The position numbers and the translations under genes were made by a program. 64,000 nucleotides of DNA from Chrysomallon squamiferum (lineage: Eukaryota > Animalia > Mollusca), in NCBI GenBank assembly GCA_012295275.1, contig CM022665.1, positions 11,718,001 to 11,782,000 of the forward strand, written 5' to 3'. Within the stretch, counting starts at the first letter, position 1; the number at the start of each line of letters is the position of its first letter. Under the pieces are notes generated by a model that searched no databases, was not told the origin of the DNA, and saw only the letters and a list, made by a program, of their open reading frames with translations. Of this stretch, positions 1 through 12,522 are shown one piece after another.

Positions 1-1385
1 CATTTGTTCCTGTGGGATAATTAGCTGGTTATCACTCTGATAGTAAATATCATTAACTTTCATTTCATCATCTGGAACACATTTTGATTCTTGTTCTATA
101 CCATTATCACTCTGATAGTAAATATCATTAACTTTCATTTCATCATCTGGAACACATTTTGGTTCTTGTTCTGTACCATTATCACTCTGATAGTCAATAT
201 CATCGTCTTTGGTACAATAAACTTGATTGATGTCCATCAGTTTGTCAGGGACACAATTTTCAGAGTGCTCTGCAGTAAAATTGTCCTGTCCAGATGGTTC
301 CATCTCCTCCAGGTTTATTTCGGTGTAGTTGCTGAAACGTTTGTCTAGTTCTGGGATTTCACAGTATAAGTTGCTGGATTCTTTGGGTTCAGGTTCATGA
401 TGCGATTTGAAATTATTTTTCTTTATCCTGAAACAAACAGAAACAAACCACTTAATATTATTATTTATTTATTTATTTATTTTTTGGATTTGTTGTCCAT
501 ATTGACAGTAGAAAGATCCTACATTCAAAGTATACAGAAATGAGGTCCAAGTTTGTTAAATTGAATTAATTTAACTTTGTGTATTTGTCTATTTTCCACA
601 TAGGATTATGAATTAAATTCAGTGGACTTTAGATTATGTTATGAAAATATAAAGAAAAACATTATAATACTGAATTAATAGTAAAAAAGAAGAATTTTTT
701 TTAAATATTAATAATAGATCTATAACATAATAGTAACAAATCAACTTAATAATAATAATAAAAAGAAGAAGAGGAAGAGGAAAAACAACAAAGCAACAAG
801 AGCTACAGTAGCAACAACAACAACAGCAAAAAGAAGATGAACACAAAAAGATTAGATGCAAATTTTAAAGAACATTCAATTTCCTCATTTGTTATATAAT
901 CAATCATCTACCTAACATTTATTTTTCAAATTCTTTTCCTCGACATTTCTACAAAAAAACAAGAACAAAAAATGTACTCTGATTAAGGATTTAAGAAAAG
1001 GATCATTTTTGAATGTATGTGTCCTTACTGTTTAGGTTTTAATCATAATGTATTACATGACAGTGCACACTAACGTGATTATTATATACATACCTGTAAA
1101 GATAACATACTCCTATTACAACTGTTGCAATAAACAAAACAACACCTACGACAGCAATAGGTATTATGATTATCTTGATATCGGTATCTGAAAATATAAA
1201 GCTATCTCTATAACATTAACAAAAAATATAATCTTAGTAATACCTCAGAATACTTTAGTATTAACTTGTATTTGAAAATAGAAGCCTTGTGTATTCACCA
1301 CTATTGAGTCCCTTAGAAAGAGGTTTATAAATACATGTATATGAGTGTTTGTCTGTGTGTCTCTATGTCTGTCTATCTTTCAAAT

Positions 1386-1420
<35 letters not shown>

Positions 1421-3956
1421 GTATATATGGTTGTATACATATATACTTACATATATGTGTGTGTGTGTTTATGTATGTGTCTATATATGTATGTAATTGA
1501 CTACTACTATTAATAATTCTAATATACAAGTGAATATTCTGTTGTACTGAACAATAAACAAATATGTATAACATTACAATTAAAATACAACATAACAACA
1601 ACAACAAAAAAGATACCTTCTTTCCCATTAAGTGCTGAGTAGTTGCTGAAAACTGAGGTACTGACATTGTTCAGCAGTTTTGTAGTGAAGAATGATGATG
1701 AAGTACTGTTATTATTCAGTTTTGTAGTGTCTAATGGTGATGAAGTACTGTTAATACTCAGTTTTGTAGTGTCTAATGGTGATGAAGTACTGTTATTATT
1801 CAGTTTTGTAGTGTCCAATGATGATGAAGTACTGTTAATATTCAGTTTTGTAGTGTCTAATAATGATGAAGTACTGTTAATACTCAGTTTTGCAGTGTTT
1901 GATGATAATGTGCTGCTGATAAACATGGTCACTGATGTTGATTGTGTTATTGTGGTTGAAGCTGTTGTCTGGTTCTTGCTGTGAGAAACTTCAGTAGACA
2001 TGTTTGTGGTTTCTGCTGCTGTTGTAGATCTGTCAGTCTCAGGTTTCACTGCTGTTGTTGATGTTGATGTTTGTGTGGAGTCTGGTATTGTTCCAGAAGT
2101 TGTAGTGTCTGTACTATTCCTTGTGTAAGAAGTACAGCTCAGATTCATAAGAACATCAGGTGAACCTGTAATAGAATTGTATGTATGTATGTATGTAGTA
2201 GGTAGGTGTGTGTGTGTGTATGTGTGGGTTTGTTTACATCTCTGTATTGTATTTTGTGTGTAGTGTGTCTGTTAATGATGTAATGTATTCTTTCAACAAA
2301 TATGATATTATTATATATTAATATTTTATAATATAAATTAATATAAATTAATATTATTAAGGAATTATTAATCTGTTTATAAAGTTTTTTTATTTACCTT
2401 TTACCTGTATCCATATATTATGATTTCTGCTTGTTTGACTGTAATACTCTATAAAAACACTTCCACCATATCTTGGTATTATGTTATTTATTAGTCTTTC
2501 TTCTGTGGTGTTTGATGATATTCGGTAATTTAGGTTCGAGTCAGATGTAATGTTCAAATACCACTTCTCACTTGTAGTTTTATTTCTATAAAAGTCAGCA
2601 ATTATAACTTGTATGTGTTTTCCTTGAATTTCACAACGACACATCACACCATCTGAGTGAGACTGAGGATTCCTGAGAAAAAGTGAGTCATTGACTGTTT
2701 CTGTGAGACTAGAACACATGTCAAAGTTAACAGAATCTGAAAGATATACAAATATTACAAAATAAATTCAACAAATCAAAAACAACATGAAATAAAATTT
2801 GAAAGAAAGTGTTGTTTTTTATTTGTATAATTTTACTAAATGTTTTTAAAATGCCACTAAAATTTTAAAAATTCTGCATCATTTCACGTTTTAATAAAAA
2901 AACAGTTACTAAAATACATATTATTTTTTGCTTTTAAATAGTTTCATATTTTAACTATACTTTGTTTTCTTCTTTTTTTTTTACTTGCATTAAGGTTGAC
3001 ATTTGTGTAGACTTTTTGTATTAAACGAAATAACAGAGATAGCATAAGCCTAATAAAATTTGATCAGTTTTCAAAATTAGCTAAGATCAGAAATAACTTT
3101 ACATAGGCTGTTTAAAATTGATCAGAATTTGAAAGAAGGAATAAGAAGTAAATCATCTGAAAAAATATTTTTCATATATTAATAATATTATTAACAGAGG
3201 AAACAGTGAAATATCAAGTAATTAAAAAAACATGATATTTGATATTTAAAGAAACAAAAAAGATAAATAAATAGGTAGGTATGCAGATAGGTAGGTAAGT
3301 ATGTAAATATGGAAGAAAAAATTAAGTAAAATTAATATTTAATTATACAAACCTGGAACACATTCATAATGAGCTAAAACCAAGTGTCTACCAGAACAAT
3401 TGAAATATTGAGGATTGAAATATTCAGTACACTGTGTTTTACTGTTGCAGTTTGTCTGTAGTTTTATATGAGATGACATTTTGTTGTTTTCTGCTGTCTG
3501 TCCATGACATTTAGAATCTGATACACAAGTATCACTGGAACTGCTGTTTGAATAAGACTCTGATAAAACGTGAATCACTGAATCTTTGCTGGGACAAGCT
3601 AAATCTACTGTGTATGTGTTATCTGTAGAACAGTTCCATAGCTTGTGCTGTTGCAAACCACACACTAAATAATAATAAGTAAACAAAAAGAAGAAATAAA
3701 CAAATGGTATTAGTGGAACAGACACATGCATACTGAATGAGAATTATTGTTAAGATCTAATATAAATATATACAACTTATAACTTTGATACTTTTAAGCT
3801 CTGTGTTATCTTACTGGAGCAAATGACATGACTGAAGACAGGAACATAATACACACTATGTCTAAGAATAATCTAGAAACTGAATTTATAGATCACTAGA
3901 ATACACTGAACTTTGATTTACCTTGATTAACTTTGTGTAACATGGTTGTCCTGAAA

Positions 3957-4041
<85 letters not shown>

Positions 4042-4165
4042 TTCATTTTTAAAATCTCCTCAAGAAATAAAACAAAAACTCACCTTGTTTAACATCAAAG
4101 TAAAACATAACTGCAATAAAACAGAAGTAAAAAGAGCAAAGCAAGGAAACAAGTGTTTCAGCCAT
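1..4165 (-). CDS. Receptor gene 1: signal peptide + SUEL/Gal_Lectin-like + CUB-like + mucin stalk + TM + Tyr-rich tail (3' end runs off the window)
   Basis: Hand-spliced GT-AG exons: 4165-4084 (MAETLVSLLCSFYFCFIAVMFYFDVKQ), 3664-3353 (312 nt, 8 Cys), 2736-2398 (339 nt), 2165-1617 (549 nt, S/T-rich), 1187-1094 (IIIIPIAVVGVVLFIATVVIGVCYLY, TM), 427-<1 (tail). Phases 1,1,1,1,2 give one open frame. Confidence 0.85.
31..203 (-). repeat. 75-bp coding tandem repeat (25 aa) in gene 1 cytoplasmic exon, ~2.3 copies
   Basis: atcactctgatagt recurs at 31, 106 and 181; encodes DIYYQSDNGIEQESKCVPDDEMKVN-like units. Confidence 0.9.
1665..1895 (-). repeat. 42-bp coding tandem repeat (14 aa, TTKLNNNSTSSPLD-like), 5 copies plus a partial, in gene 1 stalk
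   Basis: Repeated cagttttgtagtgtctaatggtgatgaagtactgtta unit; visible in ORF 1519..2148. Confidence 0.9.
2398..2736 (-). CDS. Gene 1 exon 3, divergent CUB-like domain
   Basis: FDMC...LRNPQ...CRCEI...IWIQVKG aligns by eye with the clearer CUB-like exon of gene 3; phase 1-1. Confidence 0.6.
3353..3664 (-). CDS. Gene 1 exon 2, SUEL-type lectin-like domain
   Basis: LACPSKDSVIHV...C..C...CNSKTQC...C...YEC Cys spacing resembles the SUEL fold; AG/GT flanks, phase 1-1. Confidence 0.7.
3959..4037. repeat. (AG)n microsatellite
   Basis: Pure dinucleotide run. Confidence 0.95.
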
Positions 4166-7100
4166 ATTTCTACTTGAGAATGTCAGTCAATCCTGTTTAA
4201 CATAAGGAAAGGTTTTTACTTTGATATAAAAAAGAGATCATGTGAAACAGGAAGATATTTAGAAAAAGTTAACAATAAAGCAAACACAGAGTTTACGCAA
4301 ATCATGAAAGCTTTGAAAGTAATAACACTTTTTTTTCCCACAGATATTCCTTTCATAGGAGAGTCAGAGTTGAGGGTAGGAGGGGGGTGGGTCAGAGGAA
4401 TTTAGTGAGTGTAATCACTGGACATAATACTGATATTGGCACACATATCAGTTTATATAAGCTGACTGCAAAACAGCAAAGAAAAGAAATCTATAAATAT
4501 TAAAGTAAATAGAAAGTGTTGTTTTGCACTTCTTTTTAAAGGGATAACAATCATAATCATGAGAGTTTGTAATGTTCACAGAACAAATGTAGATACAATC
4601 AAAATTTATATTATTATGTTTGTAGAATGGAAAATTAGTTCAGAGGTAAAAGTGTTGCTATCTCTCTGTCTGTTTCTTTGTTTGTCACTATCTAACTGTC
4701 TGTATATATGTTTATCAGTACATCAGGGTTTTTAATTATTTTTGTCTTTGTGATAAGTAGAAATGATATCACATCTCTCACACATCTGGGTTTGCACCTT
4801 ATTTCCTTCTTTCAACAAAACAAGTGAACCTTGGTTTATTACACTGGGTACCTTAGTCTGGCAGTTTCACACAGAAATGAGTCACACTTAGATGATTATG
4901 TAAAAAACATGTGACTGGTATTAGATTAGATTAGATTTCATTTTTATATTACAGACCTTTTGAGTTTATTATAATGAGAAATTTTTGAAATGATTAATAT
5001 TATACTGTCAGGAGACAAGCGTAATTTAATGTGTGTGTGTGTGTGTTTTTCTGCATGTATGTATGTACCTGTAGTTAAAAACACACAAAAAATAATTTTA
5101 AAGTGAAATTATATTAACATTTAAAGTATTTCAAAATAGAGCTTCACATAACAATTAATGTGCAGCTTTAAAATAGCTATTTTATAAAAACAATTTTAAA
5201 AGAACTATTTAATTTAGTATAGATCTGTAAAACAGCTATTATATTAATACAGAGATTTAAAATAATAAATTATTTTTTTAAATGTTTAATGTAATCGCAA
5301 TTGTTAAAACATATATATATATAGTGAAGTAAAATAAATAAAATAAACAAATAAAAAATAAATAAAATAAAATAAAATTAAAAAAAACCCCACTAATTTA
5401 CAGATAAAGTTCTTAAGCTTTCCATTCCCATCAACTTTTGAAACAGATTTTTAGTTATGAAGTGACGTATAAAATATTACCTTCATGTTCTAAAATAAAT
5501 ACAAAAAAGTCAAATTAACATTTGTAAAATTGTATCACACTGATTATATTTTAAATACTTTACGTGTTTTCCTCTTTTAACATTACCAAATTGTTTGCAT
5601 TTAACTCATTTGAGATCTATAATCTATCATTTTTTTCTCTTTTTTTTTTCTTAATAAATATTTTATGTACATTAACATTTTGTTGGCCAGGCAAAGCTTA
5701 GAATGTTATTTTAGATTTCAGTACATCTTGGTATCCTTTATGGAAATTAATCATAGACACTTTTGTCATTGACAAATATCAAGATGATATGTAACATGAC
5801 ATGGTAACATAATGAAATAAATGGCCTTGTGAGAGCAATGTTGATCCTTCTGCTGTCTTTCTCATCGTACTGTTGCAATGGTAATCCATGTTTTTATTCT
5901 AACAAATACAAAAGTTCTATACCGTGTGTAGATGCACTTTTTGGTTCATTAATGTATCTAAATTATAATTTAATTTTTTTCCCTGCAACTATATTTTTGA
6001 GCTATGTTTTTGAGTATCATAATGTTAATTGTCTTCTATGACTTTTGCTTCATAATCTAAAAGGTAATATTATACTTTTTATTATAGAATTTTCTTTGTT
6101 ATAATTAATTAAGTGAAACACTCGATGAAAACACCTTGTGAAGTATTTTCTTAAGAATGTCTCTCTTTTTATCCTGTTTCTATTGAAATTTAAATAAAAA
6201 ACATTCTTTTACTGACGTTTCATGGAACTCATAGTGGCTTTTAAACCAAAATACAGATTTTCTTTAATTATGATTTTTAAAATACATTTCTTCTAGTTTG
6301 AAATGAAGGAATATTTAATATGGTCTACATATATGATAAAATAAGATGAAGATATTAACATTATTAGACTGCATTTTGAAGCATTTAGTATTTGTATCTT
6401 TATAATCTCTATTTCAGTTTTAATTTCATGTAATATAACCAATTAACACATTTAGATCTTTGCTTGTATTTTTGTACTTTACTCGTACTTACTTAAACAT
6501 TTTTAATTCATTTTAATAATCAAGTAAGAATACAATATAAACAAAACAAAGCTTTTCAAATATTTATTATCAGATAATAGATAACTATCAGTTATAATAT
6601 ACTCATACACTCATATCCTATATTACACTCTTGTTAAAACAATGCTAATTTAATAAATAATATCATACTAAATATATGAAGCAAATGTAAGGGAAACATG
6701 AAAAAGATCGCTTATCTGTATCATCTGTATAATTATTAATTCACTGGTTTAATAATGATAGCAGCAGTAGTAGAAGTAATATAATAAGCAGAACTGTAAG
6801 GAGGTAACTGTATATGAACATATGTATGTATGTATGTGCATTGGTATATATGCATGCAAGTGTGTATATGTATATATATAATTATGTGTTTGTTCGTTTA
6901 TGCACGCATGTATTTTTTTTTTATTTGTGTATTTAAGAACTAATGAGTTTTAAAATAGTAATTAACGTATATCTTTAAAATAGCTATTATTTTTTAAGCA
7001 TTTAGTATTTGTATCTTTATAATCTGTTTCAATTTTAATTTTATGTAGATATTATGGATTAAGACATTAAAATTTCTGCATTTATTTTTGTGTTTAAACA

Positions 7101-7542
7101 TTACTGATTCATTTTTGTAATCATTTAAGAGTACACTATAAATAAAACAAAGCATTCAATTAAATGTCATTTAAAAGATATACTTCCATTAAAAGCAATA
7201 ACAATTTATTTAATAATAATATTATTATAAACATCAGTTTTATTAATAAATAATATAAATATTACTTATCTTTTCTTCCTTTGAATAATATCACTTCTGT
7301 TTACATTTGATATAATTATTACAATACCTGCATAAATAAAATTATATTTTTAAATAAGGTTTGAAAGAAATATTTGAAAGAAAGATATATAACTATAGTA
7401 GCAGTAGCAGCAGCAGTAGTAGCAGTAGTTGTAGTTGTAGTAGCAGTAGTAGTAGTAATAGTAAATAATAAGAAAATACTAATAACTGTTAAGAGAAGAC
7501 TATGTGTGTTTGTGCATCTTTATAAGAGTCTTTGATTGTTTT

Positions 7543-8062
7543 TTAAATATGAACAGACAACTTTTCATAGACATCATTGGGTGTTCTTGATGAAGGATTC
7601 AAATGTTCGTATTCATTTTGTCCAGAATTAACAGAATTTCTCTCTCTCGTAGAATCTTGACCATTTGAAGACGTCAGATCGTTCTGGTTTGTTTCAGCTT
7701 GTTCAACAGGATTTGAAAAATTGACGTAACTATTTTGCTGAGACTTTTCTCTAACGTGAAAGTTGTTATTTAATTGATGACTGACATCACTGATTTCAGA
7801 ATTTAATTGTTGTTGGTTGTTTGAAGATGCGTGATCATTTTGGTTAGTGATATCTTCATAGTGATTAACAAAGTGGTTATCTTGAGAATGTTGAGTTAAA
7901 TGAGAACTGTGTGCATTCTGTGCAACTTGACCATTGTTTTCTACATCATCTAGTTCGTAGCCTCCATCACTCATCATTGTGTTTTGGTTTGTTTGTGTAG
8001 GATTAGTGGCAGACATTTCTTGATTGTTAGATTTTGTCTTTCTGTTGTGTCTCCTGAGATGC
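7543..8062 (-). CDS. Gene 2 cytoplasmic tail exon (N/Q/S-rich, five Tyr motifs)
   Basis: Phase-2 acceptor gives basic stop-transfer HLRRHNRK, continuing into ORF 7543..8016 with YEDI, YVNF, YEHL, YEKL. Confidence 0.8.
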
Positions 8063-8311
8063 CTGTAAGATATTGAAAATGTATATAAATTTATATATCA
8101 GAATAGAAACACATTGTTGATATATAAATAATAAATAAAAAAATAAATAAATTAAAAAAAAAAAATTAATAAGGGGAAAAATAAAAGAAAATAGTCAAAA
8201 GCAAAAGACAACAAGAATTACAAAAAAACAAGCAAAGAAACTTTTCTATACTGACATTATTAACAAACATATACACATAGATGGACCGACAGACAGACAG
8301 ACAGACAGACA

Positions 8312-8348
<37 letters not shown>

Positions 8349-10992
8349 AGAGCGCAAAAATTAAATATGTATATTTAATAAGTCAAACATATATAAAAAT
8401 AGTCAAGTTAAAACAAATATCAACTCTCCATCCAAAACAAACCACAAAATCCTATTGTAAGACACTCACACACACAGAGACAAACAGAGTGCAAAAGTTA
8501 AACATATATATTTAATAAGTCAAAATAAAAAAGTCAAATTAACAATTAAAACAAAAATCAACTCTTCTACTGAAACAAACAACAAAAAGAATAGTAAAAT
8601 ATAATCCTGTAATGATTTTTTTCTTTTGCAAAAGAAGAAAATAAATAACTTTGTTTGAGAATTATTATAATTCACTCACCAAAACAAAATACTGCTTACT
8701 GTAACAAGGAGTAGAAACAAAACTGCTGTCAAAACTGACAATGCAGTAACAGTGGAAATGTTGTTTTCTTGACTGCAGTATTCTGCTAATTAAAAAATAA
8801 GTAAATAAATAAAAAAAATAAAAATAAAAATAAAAAAATGAAAATAATAAAAATAATAATAATAATAAATAAATAAAAAATGTAAAACAGTTTAAATAAT
8901 TTGTTATATTAGTAGTAAATAACAGGATATGAAAAAAATAATTTATATAAAAATTTTTATGAGAAAAGAAAGAATGAAAGAAAAAAGAAATATAAATAAA
9001 CATACAATAATAAAAACAATTTAAATAGTAATAATAATATTAAAAAAATTATAAACCTGGTTGTGTAAAGCCAATATTTACAAATATTTATAAAATCAAA
9101 AATACTTAAATTGAAATTTGCAATATATTAATTAAACTTTACTGAAATAAAATAAAACTAATCAAAATAAATATATGTATGTGTGTAGGTGTGGGTGTAT
9201 GTATAGATATGTATCTATATATGTATGTATGTATGTAACTGACTACTACTATTAATAATATTAATATAAAAGTGAATATTCTGTTGTACTGGACAATAAA
9301 CAAATATATATAACATTACAATTAAAATACAACAGAACAACAACAAAAAAGATACCTTCTTTCCCATTAAGTGCTGAGTGGTTGCTGAAAGCTGTTTCAG
9401 AGGTACTGACATTGTTCAGCAGTTTTGTAGTGAAGAATGAAGATGAAGTACTGTTATTATTCAGTTTTGTAGTGAAGAATGAAGAAGTACTGTTATTATT
9501 CATTATTCTGAGTTATTATTCAGTTTTGTAGTGTCTGATGATAATGTGCTGCTGATAAACATGGTCACTGATGTTGATTGTGTTATTGTGGTTGAAGCTG
9601 TTGTCTGGTTCTTGCTGTGAGAAACTTCAGTAGACATGTTTGTGGTTTCTGCTGCTGTTGTAGAACTATCAGTCTCAGGTTTCACTGCTGTTGTTGCTGT
9701 TGTTGATGTTGATGTTTGTGTGGAGTCTGGTATTGTTCCAGAAGCTGTAGTGTCTGTACTATTCCTTGTGTAAATACAGCTCAGACTCATAAGAACATCA
9801 GGTGATCCTGTAATAGAATTGTGGGTGTGGGTTTGTGTACATCTATGTGATGTAAGTGTGTCTGTTAATGATGTAATGTATTCTTTCAACAAATATAAAA
9901 ATAAATTAATATTATTAAGGAATTATTAATCCGTTTATAATTTTTTTTGTTTACCTTTTACCTGTATCCATATATTATGATTTCTGCTTGTTTGACTGTA
10001 ATACTCTATAAAAACACTTCCACCATATCCTGGTATTATGTTATTTATCAGTCTTTCTTTAGTGGTATTTGATGATATTTGATAATTTAGGTTCAAGTCA
10101 GATGTAATATTCAAATACCACTTCTCACTCATAGTTTTATTTCTATAAAAGTCAGCAATTATAACTTGTATGTTTTTTCCTTGAATTTCACAACGACACA
10201 TCACTTCATCTGAGTGAAACTGAGGATTCTTGAGGAAAACTGAGACATTGACTGTTTGTCTTGAGATTAGAACACATGTCAAAGTTAACTGAATCTGAAA
10301 AGATATAAAAAAAAAAAAAAAAAATAAAAGAAATAAAAATCAAAAACAACATGAAATAAAATTTGAATTAAACCTCAGATTTGTTTTTATTTGTATAATA
10401 TTTACAAAATAATTTTAAAATACCACTAAAATGTTAAAATTCTGCATCATTTCACACACACACAAAATAAAAACACACACACAAAATATATATTTGTTTT
10501 TTGCTTTTAAATATTTTTAAAAGATTTTAACTATCCTGTTTTTATTTTGATTTTTTAACATCAGATATTAAGGTGAATTGGATTTCTGTAAACTTTTTGT
10601 ATTAAAACAAATAAACAGTTTATAAATAAATAATGACTAACAGTCATCTATAGTTAATTAGCGGAAGATCAGAAATAACTTTACATAGGCTGTTTAAAAT
10701 TGTTCAGAAATTTATATAAGAAGGAATAAGAACTCTAAATCTTCTGATAAAATATTTTTCATATATTACTAAGAATAATTAAAACTCAAGTAAAAATAGT
10801 GAAATATTATTCTAATTATAATAAGAATGATATTTGATATTTAAAGAAACAAAATTGATATATTTTAGAAAGGCAGTTAGATAGGAACCATGAAAAATGG
10901 TATATATGTGTATGAGGAGAAGAGGTAGATATAAAAATATGAAGAAAAAAAAATGCAGGCTTCAAATGTTTTAAAAATTTAATTATACAAAC

Positions 10993-11301
10993 CTGGAACA
11001 CATTCATAATGAGCTAATACCAGGCGTCTACCAGAACAGTTGAAATATTGAGGATTGAAATATTCAGTACACTGTGTTTTACTGTTGCAGTTTGTCTGTA
11101 GTTTTATATGAGATGACATTTTGTTGTTTTCTGCTGTCTGTCCATGACATTTGTAATCTGGTTTACATGTCTCACTGGAACTGCTGTTTGAATAAGACTC
11201 TGATAAAACGTGAATCACTGAATTGTTGGAACAAGCTAAATCCACTGTGTATGTATTATCTGTAGAACATTTCCATAGTTTATGCTGTTGCAAACCACAC
11301 A
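10993..11301 (-). CDS. Gene 2 SUEL-type lectin-like exon (intact)
   Basis: Nearly identical to gene 1 exon 2 (compare ORFs 10979..11359 and 3339..3731). Confidence 0.75.
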
Positions 11302-12036
11302 CTAAATAATAATTAAAAGAAAAGAAGAAATAAACAAATGGTATTAGTGGAACAGACACATATATACTGAATGAGAATTATTGTTAACTTCTAATATAAT
11401 TGTATGTATGTATGTATGTATGTATGTATGTATGTATGTATGTATGTATGTATACATGTATGTGTGTATGTATATATGTATGTAGTAGGTAGGTAGGTAG
11501 GTGTGTGTGTGTGTGTGTACATGTGGGTGTGGATTTGTGTACATCTCTGTGTTGTATGTATTTTGTGAGTGTGTCTGTTAATGATGTAATGTATTCTTTC
11601 AACAAATATAAAAATAAATTAATATTATTAAGGAATTATTAATCTGTTTATATTATCTAGTTCCATAGTTTAATTCGTTGAAAACCACACACTACATAAT
11701 AAAAAAATAAAGACTATTAAAAATATTGGAACGTAGAAACATTGTTTAAATGTCAACGATTGTAATGAAGTTATAAATATTCAGAGTGGTTACATTTTTT
11801 CTTAATATAAAATACACGAAAAAACCCACCCAAAAAACCCACCCAAAAAACAAAACAAAAACAATCCAATAAAGATTTAAAAATAATTTTACATGACTAA
11901 TCATCAGGCAGAAAATATTTAGATTACATTTTGCATCACAGAACTAGAAATCTTATTGTTATTGTGTTCTTGAATTTCAATAACAACCAATATATCAAAC
12001 ATACGTACACACACAAATATAAATTCTTTTTATATA

Positions 12037-12522
12037 CTGTCGACCCTTGATTTCACGGACTAATACTGGGGAGCAACGGTTCAGAAAACACTAAAGTCTG
12101 GGAAATCGCAAATGTAAACATTAACCCTAAAATTTACTGAAACATTAAACTTTGTTATGCTTAAGAGTTATATAATACAGTAATATAATAATGTAAGAAC
12201 AGAATGTAGATACATGTATTAATTAAAAAAAAAAAAAATCAACAAATGTGATACAGTATATGTAAAGAAAAAGTGTAGGAAAATGTAGGCAAAATAGGGT
12301 GAAGTTAAGCTAGGATGGTTATGGGTGCAGTTGTAAAAGTTACTCTTACATTGATGGAAAGTGAGTTGAGAGATGGTTGCCATGATCATATAACTTAATA
12401 GTTCCTACAGGTAAGGTTTCAGGTGGGAAATGGTGGCAAGTTCACATTTTGTAACTTTGTCAGTTTTGGTCCGAATGTCCCGAAATCCGGAAAACCGTGT
12501 TCTGTGAAATTGAGGGTCACAA
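12037..12522. mobile_element. Non-autonomous DNA transposon relic (pogo/Tc1-mariner-like MITE) in gene 2 intron 1
   Basis: Imperfect terminal inverted repeats ctgtcgacccttgatttcacggac ... gttctgtgaaattgagggtcacaa, TA on both sides. Confidence 0.55.

Noticed and set aside
91-348. Plus-strand 85-aa hydrophobic ORF
   Set aside because: Antisense of the gene 1 cytoplasmic exon, which splices in frame on the minus strand
1643-1984. Plus-strand repetitive hydrophobic ORF
   Set aside because: Antisense shadow of the gene 1 stalk repeat
6379-7160. ~170-bp diverged direct repeat between genes 1 and 2
   Set aside because: Ordinary local AT-rich duplication with no coding or structural signal
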